From contig JANNWY010000092.1 in assembly GCA_031409335.1 (NCBI GenBank), forward strand, positions 1 to 26,451: 26,451 bases of DNA, written 5' to 3'. This DNA is from Chthoniobacteraceae bacterium. GTDB lineage: Bacteria > Verrucomicrobiota > Verrucomicrobiia > Chthoniobacterales > Chthoniobacteraceae. Of this stretch, positions 1 to 8,539 are shown in pieces. The stretch's first letter is position 1. The number at the start of each line of letters is the position of its first letter. The position numbers were made by a program, and so were the translations under genes. The notes below the pieces were generated by a model that saw only the letters and a list, made by a program, of their open reading frames with translations, was not told where the DNA came from and ran no database searches.

Positions 1-1
1 A

Positions 2-142
2 GTCGCTAAAAAAACGGCTGCCGAGGAGCCAGAACCAACGCCGGCGAGCCAAACCGAACCATCGAAGGCCCAATCGACGCCCCGCGCTCCCACCAACACC
101 AACCGGCTTAACGAAATCGGTCACCGGTGGGACAGGCCCTAA
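2..142 (+). CDS. 3' end of an unknown protein truncated by the window edge (Pro/Thr/Glu-rich tail)
   Basis: Open frame from base 2, VAKKTAAEEPEPTPASQTEPSKAQ...GHRWDRP, ending at TAA 140-142; followed by a palindromic intergenic element facing a convergent gene. Confidence 0.45.
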   Translation, partial: VAKKTAAEEPEPTPASQTEPSKAQSTPRAPTNTNRLNEIGHRWDRP

Positions 143-150
143 CCTAGCTT

Positions 151-312
151 CGGCGATGGGAACCGCGGACGCTGCGGAAGACACGGAGAACGCGGAGATT
201 GCGAGTCTTGAGCCACTTACCCAATCGGTGAACGACGCCCTCCCGGCGACCCGCAACGACACCTCTTCCTCATCCGCGTCATCCGTGTCCTCCGCGGCAA
301 TCTCCATCGCCG
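151..312. repeat. Inverted tandem repeat element with 9-nt units
   Basis: Left arm CCGCGGACG-CTGCGGAAG-ACACGGAGA-ACGCGGAGA (163-198); right arm CATCCGCGT-CATCCGTGT-CCTCCGCGG (271-297); outer perfect 9-bp inverted repeat CGGCGATGG (151-159)/CCATCGCCG (304-312). Confidence 0.8.
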
Positions 313-401
313 CTCATTGGGCTGAACGAAGATCAGCGGACATCACTCAAAAAGGCGCGGACACCCTGCGCGATGAGAAGATGCGCTGTAACTCAGCCGA
401 A

Positions 402-1844
402 TCAAAACCCCTTGGGTATTTTCTTCAGCGCGTCCTTGAGCAGCTTCTCCGCTTCCTTCTCGATATCGTCGCCATCGGCATCGTCTTCATCCTTGGGCTT
501 GCGCTTGGGTTCAGGCGGTTTCCCCTCATCGCCACCGGTCCAGTCGAGTCCCTCCGTAAAAACTTTCACGACGCTGCCAGCCGACGTCGGCTGAACCATG
601 ATCGTGAGCTTCGCGTCGCCCTGTTCGCGTTTGAGAATCGCATTCGTTTTTCCCATCAAATCCCGTCCGCTCTCCTTCCAGCCTTGCTGCTTTAGCTTGG
701 TGGAAAACTCACCCGCCACTGCTGCGACGGGCTGCGGGCTGGAAAACTGAATGTGCTGCACGAGTTGCTTGTATTCCACGTCGGTCGCGGCGTTCGGCAG
801 CGCAAGTTTTCGCGCGGCGATCGACGGGCCAGCCGGCGCTTTTGGCTCCTTCTTCATTTCGTGCGGTTCGCTCGCGACTGGCTTTGGCGCAGCCGCGGGC
901 GCGTTGCGCAGCTTCTCCGGCAAGGGCGCGGCGAATTTCAAATCGACGTCCCACTTTTCCCCGAACGTATCGAGCATGTTGCCCGTGCTCACCTGCCCCT
1001 TCACGTTCCCGCCCTTGATCTCAAATTCGACCATGTGAATTTCCCCAAGCGCGGTGAAACCCTGTTTCTCATGCGCGCTGTGCGCCACCTGGCAGCCGAA
1101 AATCCCGCCATCGTGATGCACGTTCAAGATCAGCGCGCTTCCCAGTTTTCCGAACATCGCGTCGAACGAAGGTTTCCTCGCCGTCGCCGGATCTTTCTCG
1201 GTGAAAATCAGTGTCACCGCCGGCTTCCCGCTAAACTCCTCGTGTCCCTCCACCGTCACAAACTTCACCGCCGCATTTTTCCCATTGCCAACAAACTTCC
1301 CGCTGACCGTTGGCTTCACCGGCGGATCGAGTTTCACAGGGCCGGCCACCTTCGGCGGAGCGTCAATCGCGACATCGAAAACCATCGACACGTCCTTCGA
1401 AAAATCGCCCGCCTCGACCAGCTTCAAGCTCCCACGAATTTTGCCATTGGCGATCACAGCCTTGCCCTCGAGCGGCGCACCCCGGCCGCCGAACGAGACA
1501 TTTTCACCGCGTGCACTGATGCACCGCAGCGTGCCATCTTCCAAAAACGCCGCCTTCAAATAAAGCCCGCCCACCTCCGCGTCCACGTTGTCCTCCGCGT
1601 CCTTCGCCTTGATTTTCTGCAAAGCCTCCGCGCTCATCGCGACCCCCGTCGCCAGCACGATTACGCGCTTTTCCCCGTAGTAATTTCCGGTCAGCGCCAC
1701 CACGTTTTTGAAAACGTGACGCCGCCCGCGGACATTGAGATTTCCCTGATTTGCCGGTTTCTGCGCGTGAGTGAGATCGGGGAAAAACGCGGCGGCGAGG
1801 ATGGCGGCGATTTGCCAGAAACGAAGCGGGCGGAGTGTCGTCAT
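402..1844 (-). CDS. Secreted hypothetical protein, 480 aa, multidomain with Pro/Ala/Lys linkers and a charged C-terminal tail
   Basis: Signal-peptide-like N-terminus (MTTLRPLRFWQIAAILAAAFFPDLTHA-Q), protein-like composition, linkers APPKVAGPVKLDPP and APAAAPKPVASEP. Confidence 0.8.
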   Translation of the reverse strand: MTTLRPLRFWQIAAILAAAFFPDLTHAQKPANQGNLNVRGRRHVFKNVVALTGNYYGEKRVIVLATGVAMSAEALQKIKAKDAEDNVDAEVGGLYLKAAFLEDGTLRCISARGENVSFGGRGAPLEGKAVIANGKIRGSLKLVEAGDFSKDVSMVFDVAIDAPPKVAGPVKLDPPVKPTVSGKFVGNGKNAAVKFVTVEGHEEFSGKPAVTLIFTEKDPATARKPSFDAMFGKLGSALILNVHHDGGIFGCQVAHSAHEKQGFTALGEIHMVEFEIKGGNVKGQVSTGNMLDTFGEKWDVDLKFAAPLPEKLRNAPAAAPKPVASEPHEMKKEPKAPAGPSIAARKLALPNAATDVEYKQLVQHIQFSSPQPVAAVAGEFSTKLKQQGWKESGRDLMGKTNAILKREQGDAKLTIMVQPTSAGSVVKVFTEGLDWTGGDEGKPPEPKRKPKDEDDADGDDIEKEAEKLLKDALKKIPKGF

Positions 1845-2030
1845 AGCGTGCGGGGGTTGGATTATTCCGGGAAGTTAGCGCGCCGGACCGGTCCGATGCC
1901 AGCATTGAGTCGCGCGCGCCGCCTGCTTCTCCAGAAGCTTGCGCGAAGTCCGGTTTACAGTGCGCCGCAAACCGATTATCTCGGCTCTCTTCCTGATGAA
2001 ACCCGCCCACTTCGCGCGAAGCTGGCCAGC

Positions 2031-3392
2031 ATGAACTGGCGCAAGCACGCTTTCCTCCTCGCGCACGATGCGATCGGCTCCGAGCTGCGCGGGCACTACG
2101 CGGAGTTTCTCGCGTCGGCGCGCTGGTCTGAAAAGCGTTTGGAAAAGCTGCGCGCGGCGCGACTGGATGCCCTGCTGCTGCATGCGTCGAAGGTGGTGCC
2201 GTTTTATCGCGAGCGCGCAACGCGGCCGGAGCTGGCCGCCTTCCCGATCCTGCGGAAGGAAGACATCCACGCGCATTTCGACACGCTGATGGAGCCGTCG
2301 CTGCTGGCAGAGTTTCGCGCTTCGAAAAAGCCGCGCGGCTACTCGTGGGTCGAGGTGAAAACGGGCGGCTCGACCGGGACGCCGACGACGGTGATCCACG
2401 ACAAGGATTTCCGCGACTGGGGCCGCGCGGGGCGGCTGTATTCGCAGTGGCTGTGCGGGTTTCCGATCGGCACGCCGTTTTTCCAGCTCTGGGGCTCGAT
2501 GCGCGACATCAATGACGCGAAGGATTCCACACAAAAGCGCGTGCTGAATTCGCTCCTGCAAGTGCATCCGATGAATGCCTTCCTGATGGACGAAGCGCGC
2601 ATGGCCGCTTACCTGAGCGAGATCGGCGAATCGCGGATCGATCACCTGATGGCCTATGTCGATGCCGCGGATCAGCTCGCGCGTTTCCAGGAAAAAAGCG
2701 GGAAGCCGATGCGCCCGCTGAAAAGCATCATGGCCTGCGCGGGCACGGTGACGGACGAAGTGCGCGAGAAACTCACCCGCGTCTTCGGCGCACGCGTTCA
2801 CAACAAATACGGCAGCCGCGAATGCGCCGACATGGCGTGCGAATGCGCGGCGGGCGGCTTCCACATTTATGCGACCGGCATTCACCTCGAAATCGTGGAC
2901 GACGCTGGCCAGCCCGTGCCCGCCGGAACGACCGGGCGCATCCTCGTAACGCTGCTGCAAAACCGCCGCTTCCCGATCATCCGCTACGAGATTGGCGACA
3001 TCGGCGCGCTGAGTTTGGCGATGTGCTCGTGCGGATCGCCGCTGCCGCTGCTGGAGCGTGTCGAGGGGCGCATTTCGGAAATCATCACCGCGGCGGATGG
3101 TGCCTACGTCAGCCCGGTTTTCATCCGGCATGTGATCGGCGTGACGCACAACGATGGTTCCATAGAGCGATTCCAATTCGTGCAAACCGGCGCGGCGGCT
3201 TACACGCTGGCATTGCAGTTGGATACCGCATTACCGGCGGAAAGATTCGCGCAAATCGTCGCGCCGCTGCGGAGCGATCTCGAGACAGTGCTCGGCGCGG
3301 GCGCGCAACTTGAGATCGGGCGGGTCGCGGACATTCCGCTCGGCGAAAGTGGGAAGTTTCCATATTTGCGAAATCTCCACCAATTCAGATGA
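2031..3392 (+). CDS. Phenylacetate-CoA ligase-like / CapK-like adenylate-forming enzyme, copy 1 (453 aa)
   Basis: P-loop-like KTGGSTGTP, YGSRE, IRYEIGD, VEGR and terminal SGK motifs. Start set at ATG 2031 (MNWRK) by alignment with the paralogue at 4711; the 753-2030 extension in the ORF track is antisense to the 480-aa gene. Confidence 0.88.
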   Translation: MNWRKHAFLLAHDAIGSELRGHYAEFLASARWSEKRLEKLRAARLDALLLHASKVVPFYRERATRPELAAFPILRKEDIHAHFDTLMEPSLLAEFRASKKPRGYSWVEVKTGGSTGTPTTVIHDKDFRDWGRAGRLYSQWLCGFPIGTPFFQLWGSMRDINDAKDSTQKRVLNSLLQVHPMNAFLMDEARMAAYLSEIGESRIDHLMAYVDAADQLARFQEKSGKPMRPLKSIMACAGTVTDEVREKLTRVFGARVHNKYGSRECADMACECAAGGFHIYATGIHLEIVDDAGQPVPAGTTGRILVTLLQNRRFPIIRYEIGDIGALSLAMCSCGSPLPLLERVEGRISEIITAADGAYVSPVFIRHVIGVTHNDGSIERFQFVQTGAAAYTLALQLDTALPAERFAQIVAPLRSDLETVLGAGAQLEIGRVADIPLGESGKFPYLRNLHQFR

Positions 3393-4714
3393 ACGAAATC
3401 GACATTGCCCTCGGGCCGGACACCGACCCCGTGCCGTTCATTCTGCGCAATCTGCCGGACGGCAATTTCCGCCGGATCGTGCTCAAACCAAACTGGGTGA
3501 AGCACGAGGAGCACGCCGAATTTCCCATCGCGGCGCTTGTCACGGGCACGGCGCTCATCGAGGCGTGCATCGAGGCATGCCGGAAAAAATATCCGCGCGC
3601 GGAGAAAATCATCGTCGGCGATGTGCCGCTGCAAACATGCGATTGGGCGGCCCTTATCCGGCAGACGGGCGTGGACCGGCTGATGGAAAAATATCGCGGG
3701 AGCCTCGTGCAGTTTCTGGATTTGCGGCGCGAGCGATGGATCCCGAAGGACGGCTTCATGGAACTGGAATCCGCGCACCCCGGCGATCCGCTCGGCTACA
3801 GTGAGATCGTCATCGACCACACCAGCCTGCTCGAGGAAGTGAGCCACAACGCGGATTCGTTTCGCGTCTCGGACTACAATCCGGCGGAGACGATCAGCGT
3901 GCATCGCAAAGGTGTGCATCGCTATCTCATCGCGAAAACCGTGCTGGAAGCAGACCTCTTCATCAATCTTCCGAAGATGAAGACGCACCAGAAATCCGGG
4001 ATCACCGGCGCGTTGAAAAACATCGTCGGCATCAACGGCTCGAAGGCGCATCTCGTGCATCACCAGCTCGGCTTTCCCTCGCAGGGCGGCGATGAGTTTC
4101 CCGAGGATGCCTCGCGCCTCATCTATTGGCAGGCGCGGCTGCGTGAGCGGTTTCAAAAAAAATCAAAAGTCGTTTTCAATCTGCTGAAGCGCGGCTGGGA
4201 GGTGGTCAAGAAACTGCGCTGCATCAAGACCGTCGGCACGAGGGAAAATCTCGGCGGCACCTTTTACGTCGGCTCCGGCTCGTGGTACGGCAACGACTCC
4301 ATCTGGCGCATGGTCTATGACCTGAACATGATCATCCTCTTCGCGCATGCCGACGGCGGCCCGCTCCGCGCCGAGCCCCAGCGCACGGTGCTCTCGATCA
4401 TGGACGGCCTCGTCGCTGGCGAGGGCAACGGCCCGCTCCAGCCGCTGCCGGTAAAAGCGGACGCGCTGCTAGCCTCACGCAATCCTTTCCTCATCGACTT
4501 CGCGATGGCGAAGCTCATGGGCTTCGACGTCCGAAAAATCCGGTTGCTCGCCCACTACCGGCGCTTTCCCTACGCGCCGTTCGCCGCGTTAGAGCCGGAA
4601 AAATTCGCGGTCACTTTGAATGGCGTGCGCTCCGAGACCGGGCTCGACGCGCTGCCGGTGATTCATCGCTTCATCCCAGCGCCCGGCTGGCGCGGCCACA
4701 TCGAACTCGCATGA
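3389..4714 (+). CDS. DUF362-family protein, long form (441 aa)
   Basis: IVLKPNWV, INLPKMKTHQKSGITGALKNIVG and DGLVAGEGNGP motifs; ATGA overlap with the upstream stop codon. Confidence 0.85.
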   Translation: MNEIDIALGPDTDPVPFILRNLPDGNFRRIVLKPNWVKHEEHAEFPIAALVTGTALIEACIEACRKKYPRAEKIIVGDVPLQTCDWAALIRQTGVDRLMEKYRGSLVQFLDLRRERWIPKDGFMELESAHPGDPLGYSEIVIDHTSLLEEVSHNADSFRVSDYNPAETISVHRKGVHRYLIAKTVLEADLFINLPKMKTHQKSGITGALKNIVGINGSKAHLVHHQLGFPSQGGDEFPEDASRLIYWQARLRERFQKKSKVVFNLLKRGWEVVKKLRCIKTVGTRENLGGTFYVGSGSWYGNDSIWRMVYDLNMIILFAHADGGPLRAEPQRTVLSIMDGLVAGEGNGPLQPLPVKADALLASRNPFLIDFAMAKLMGFDVRKIRLLAHYRRFPYAPFAALEPEKFAVTLNGVRSETGLDALPVIHRFIPAPGWRGHIELA

Positions 4715-6072
4715 ACTGGCGCAAACCAGCGTTTCTCTTCGCGCACGATCTCATCGGCTCCGGACTGCGCGGGCACTACCGCGAATTTCTCGCCGCCGAG
4801 CACTGGCCCGCCGCGCGGCTGAGTGAATTGCACGACCAGCGCCTCGCCGCGCTGCTCCGGCATGCGGTGAAAGACGTGCCGTTCTATCGCGACCGCGCGC
4901 GCGCACCGGAGCTGTCCGCTTTTCCGATCCTGCGGAAAGAGGACGTTCACGCACACTTCGAGGAACTGATGGAGCCGTCGCTACTTGCCGAGTATCGCGG
5001 CGAGAAAAAAAAAGAACGCTATTCATGGGTCGAGGTGAAAACCGGTGGCTCCACCGGCAAGCCCACGGTCGTGATCCACGACCGGGATTTCCGCGACTGG
5101 GGTCGGGCGGGCCGGCTGTATTCGCAGCATCTCTGCGGATTCCCGCTTGGCACGCCCTTCTTCATGCTCTGGGGCTCGATGCGCGACATCAATGAGTCGA
5201 AGGACTCCGTGACGAAGCGCGTGCTGAACACGCTCCTCCACGTCCATCCACTCAACGCCTTTCTCATGGACGACACGCGCATGCACGACTACGCGCGGCA
5301 GATCAACGGGTCGTCCATAGGACACCTCATGGCCTACGTCGATGCCGCGTATCAGCTCGCGCGTTTTCTCGAAAAGAGCGGCGTGAAAATGCGCCCCATC
5401 GAATCCGTGATGGCCTGCGCGGGCACGGTTACGGGCGACCACCGCGCGATCCTCTCCCGCGTTTTCGGCGCGCGCGTCCACAACAAATACGGCAGCCGCG
5501 AATGCGCCGACATGGCCTGCGAATGCGCGGCGGGTGGGTTCCACATTTACACCAGCGGCGTGCATCTCGAAATCGTCGATGACGCCGGCCAGCCCGTGCC
5601 CGCAGGCATAACGGGCCGCATCCTCGTCACGCTCCTGCAAAACCGCCGCTTCCCGGTCATCCGCTACGAGATCGGCGACATCGGCGGGCTGAGCACCAAG
5701 CCATGTCCTTGCGGTTCCCCGCTGCCGCTGCTGGAACGCGTAGAAGGCCGCATCTCCGAAGTCATCACCAAGGCCAACGGCGCTTACCTCACCCCGTCGT
5801 ATATCGTCCATCTCGTCGGCGTCGTGCATAATCCTGGAGCCGTCACGCGTTTCCAGTTCGTTCAGACCGGCGCGGCGGAATACACGCTTTCTATCGCGCT
5901 CGATGCAGAGTTTTCGGACGATGAATTCGGACGGCTCACCGTGGCCCTGCGACGCGATCTTGAAGCTGTGCTCGGTCCGGGCACGCAGCTCGGCATCTCC
6001 CGCGTCACCGACATTCCGCCGAGCGAAAGCGGCAAGTTTCTTTACGTGCGCAATCTGCATCGGGGTCGATGA
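4711..6072 (+). CDS. Phenylacetate-CoA ligase-like / CapK-like adenylate-forming enzyme, copy 2 (453 aa)
   Basis: KTGGSTGKP, YGSRE, IRYEIGD and SGKF motifs; colinear with 2031-3392; ATGA overlap at 4711-4714. Confidence 0.9.
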   Translation: MNWRKPAFLFAHDLIGSGLRGHYREFLAAEHWPAARLSELHDQRLAALLRHAVKDVPFYRDRARAPELSAFPILRKEDVHAHFEELMEPSLLAEYRGEKKKERYSWVEVKTGGSTGKPTVVIHDRDFRDWGRAGRLYSQHLCGFPLGTPFFMLWGSMRDINESKDSVTKRVLNTLLHVHPLNAFLMDDTRMHDYARQINGSSIGHLMAYVDAAYQLARFLEKSGVKMRPIESVMACAGTVTGDHRAILSRVFGARVHNKYGSRECADMACECAAGGFHIYTSGVHLEIVDDAGQPVPAGITGRILVTLLQNRRFPVIRYEIGDIGGLSTKPCPCGSPLPLLERVEGRISEVITKANGAYLTPSYIVHLVGVVHNPGAVTRFQFVQTGAAEYTLSIALDAEFSDDEFGRLTVALRRDLEAVLGPGTQLGISRVTDIPPSESGKFLYVRNLHRGR

Positions 6073-7232
6073 GCACCCGCATTCTCTACATCCACAACAG
6101 CGCAGACATTTACGGCGCGAGCCGTTCGCTGGTGCGGCTGCTCGGCGTGCTCGACCTAGGAAAATTCGATCCGCTCGTGATGCTCCCGGAGGAGGGGCCG
6201 CTGGCGGAGCAGTTCCGCGCGCTGCCGGTGCGGGTGATTATTTTTCCGGCGCTGAGCGTGATTGACCGGGCGGTTTTCAAATCGTGGCGGCTGCCGTTTT
6301 TTCTGCTCGGCATTCCGGTCTCAGTGCTCCGTCTCTGGCGAATCCTGAAGCGCGAGAAGATCGACCTCGTGCATACGAACACGGGCGTGGTGCTTTCGCC
6401 GGGGCTGGCGGCGAGGATGGCGGGTGTGCCGCATGTCTGGCATATCCGCGACTGGTTTCAGGAGTTCGCGGGGTTCTGGCGGTTTTATGAAAAGTGGATG
6501 CGTGCTTTTGCGACGCGAATCATCGCGGTGTCGGGACCGATCGCGGGGCAGTTCACGGATCGGGCGAAGGTTTGCGTGATCAATAACGGGTTCGATCCGG
6601 CGGAATTTGAGCTGGGTGATCCGCGTGTGGGTGTGGCGTTCCGCGAAACCTACGGGCTCGGTGCAGCACCGGTGGTGGGGTGCGTCGGGCGAATCAAATT
6701 GCAGCGCAAAGGGCAGGAGGTTTTTCTTCGGGCGGCAGGGATTTTGAAAGCTCGCGGCATTTCCGCGAAGTGGCTCGTCGTTGGGGCACCATTTCCGGGG
6801 AATGAATCGCACCTCGAAGCCCTGCGCGACATCGTGCGCGAGCACCATCTGCGCGACGACGTGGTTTTCACCGGCGAGCTGAAAGACCCGCGCCCGGCCT
6901 ACGCGGCGATGAGCATTTTCGTGCTGCCCTCCGCGCAGCCGGAGCCCTTTGGCGGCGTGGTGATGGAGGCGATGTGCATGGGGCTTCCCGTGATCGCGAC
7001 GAACATCGGCGGCTCCACCGAGCAGGTCGCCGATGGCGAAAGCGGCTGGCTCGTCCCACCGAATGATCCCGCGGCGCTCGCGGACAAACTGGAAATGCTG
7101 CTGCGCGATGAGGCGCTCCGCAAATTCTTTGGCGAAGCGGGACGGCGGCGCATCGCGGAACGCTTCACGCTGAAGGGCATGGTCGAAAAAATCACCGCCG
7201 TTTATGACGAATGTCTGAAAAACCGGCGTTGA
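6069..7232 (+). CDS. GT4-family glycosyltransferase (387 aa)
   Basis: N-terminal YGASRSL, DLVHTN and VWHIRD motifs; C-terminal EPFGGVVMEAM (E-x7-E) and PVIATNIGG; ATGA overlap at 6069-6072. Confidence 0.93.
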   Translation: MSTRILYIHNSADIYGASRSLVRLLGVLDLGKFDPLVMLPEEGPLAEQFRALPVRVIIFPALSVIDRAVFKSWRLPFFLLGIPVSVLRLWRILKREKIDLVHTNTGVVLSPGLAARMAGVPHVWHIRDWFQEFAGFWRFYEKWMRAFATRIIAVSGPIAGQFTDRAKVCVINNGFDPAEFELGDPRVGVAFRETYGLGAAPVVGCVGRIKLQRKGQEVFLRAAGILKARGISAKWLVVGAPFPGNESHLEALRDIVREHHLRDDVVFTGELKDPRPAYAAMSIFVLPSAQPEPFGGVVMEAMCMGLPVIATNIGGSTEQVADGESGWLVPPNDPAALADKLEMLLRDEALRKFFGEAGRRRIAERFTLKGMVEKITAVYDECLKNRR

Positions 7233-7236
7233 GGAA

Positions 7237-7310
7237 CTCACGCAAAGGCGCAAAGACGTCAAGATTCTGCCTGGCACTTCTTCCTTTGCGCCTCTGCGCC
7301 TTTGCGTGAG
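7237..7310. repeat. Inverted tandem repeat element with 8-nt units (CGCAAAGG)
   Basis: CTCACGCAAAGG-CGCAAAGA-CGTCAAGA (7237-7264) and CTTTGCG-CCTCTGCG-CCTTTGCGTGAG (7284-7310). Confidence 0.85.
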
Positions 7311-7327
7311 AAAATTCCGAGCTGCCC

Positions 7328-8350
7328 ATGAACCCGAATCCCATCGTTTCCATCCAGAGCCTCGTCGATACCGGCTATCCGGCAGTGATCGAAAAGACGC
7401 TGACGGAGATTGGTTTCTTCCGCGATGTGCCGGCCGGCGGGCGCGTTTTTCTGAAGCCGAATCTGACGTTTCCCACGTTCCGGCCGGGCGTGATGACTTC
7501 GTTCGATTGCCTGAGCGCGGTGACGAAATGTCTGATCGCACACGGCTATCGCGTGGTCATCGGCGAGGCAGACAGCGGCGGATACAACCGGTTTTCGATC
7601 GACGAAGTTTTCAAAGGGATGGGCATCGACCAGCTCGCGAAGGACACCGGCGCGGAGATTGTGAATGTCAGTTTCGCCGAGCCGGAGTGGCTGGAAATCC
7701 GCGCGGGCTGGCGGACTTTGCGCGCGCCTTTTCCGAAGATGATGCTCCGCGAGATCGACGCTTTCATCACGCTGCCAGTGCCGAAGATTCACATGAACAC
7801 GCTGGTTTCCATGTCGATCAAGAACCAGTGGGGCTGCATCCAGGAGCCGAATGAGCGGCTGAAGCTGCATCCGTATTTCGCGGAGACGATGTATGAATTC
7901 GAGACGCGGCTGCCGCGCGCGTATTCGATCATCGACGGGCGCTACGGGCTGAATCGCACGGGGCCGATGCTGGGCGATGTGGTGGATTTTAATTTCGTGC
8001 TCGGCTCGAACGATCTCGTCGCCGCCGACCGCGTGTGCTGCCGCATCATGCAAATCGACGAGGCCGATGTGGCGTATCTGCGTTATTTCAAATCGCGTGG
8101 CTGGTGGACGCCGTGGGAAAGCATTCGCCTGAACGACGACCCGGCGCGTTTTCAAAAGGGAAAATTTTTTCTGGAAAGAAAATGGACCGATTATCCCGGC
8201 CTCATCTGCTTCAACAACGCCTTCCTCGCCTGGCTCGGCTACCACTCGCCGCTCGCCGGTTTCGCGCACTGGCTGCTCTATTTATTCCGCGAGCCGTTTT
8301 ACGAATACGACAAGGAAAAGTCGAAGCTGCGCGACGAGGCGAAGAAGTAG
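7328..8350 (+). CDS. DUF362-family protein, short form (340 aa)
   Basis: VFLKPNL, VIGEADSG, ITLPVPKIHMNTLVSMSIKNQWG, IIDG...GP and DLVAAD motifs. Confidence 0.87.
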   Translation: MNPNPIVSIQSLVDTGYPAVIEKTLTEIGFFRDVPAGGRVFLKPNLTFPTFRPGVMTSFDCLSAVTKCLIAHGYRVVIGEADSGGYNRFSIDEVFKGMGIDQLAKDTGAEIVNVSFAEPEWLEIRAGWRTLRAPFPKMMLREIDAFITLPVPKIHMNTLVSMSIKNQWGCIQEPNERLKLHPYFAETMYEFETRLPRAYSIIDGRYGLNRTGPMLGDVVDFNFVLGSNDLVAADRVCCRIMQIDEADVAYLRYFKSRGWWTPWESIRLNDDPARFQKGKFFLERKWTDYPGLICFNNAFLAWLGYHSPLAGFAHWLLYLFREPFYEYDKEKSKLRDEAKK

Positions 8351-8363
8351 CGCGGCTTTTCTT

Positions 8364-8459
8364 AAACACAGAGGCACGGAGGACACAGAGGTTCACAGAG
8401 ACGGAAGACGACCCTGACTTTCTCTGTGCAACTCTGTGTCCTCTGTACCTCTGAGTTAA
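8364..8459. repeat. Palindromic CACAGAG-array element, copy A (upstream of carB)
   Basis: AAACACAGAGG-CACGGAGGA-CACAGAGGTT-CACAGAG (8364-8400) with an inverted arm CTCTGTG-CAACTCTGTG-TCCTCTGTA-CCTCTGAGTT (8422-8457). Confidence 0.88.
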
Positions 8460-8539
8460 AGTTCTTTTCCGGCCACGGCGAAAGACCGTTTGCGCCCACC
8501 ACGGCGCGCTGTTAGAACCTGCGCACTTTTCGCCCGGCC

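Noticed and set aside
753..2030. N-terminal 426 aa of the 879-aa ORF 753..3392, which looks like a large fusion
   Set aside because: It is the antisense shadow of the 402-1844 gene; the paralogue at 4711 shows the true start is MNWRK at 2031.
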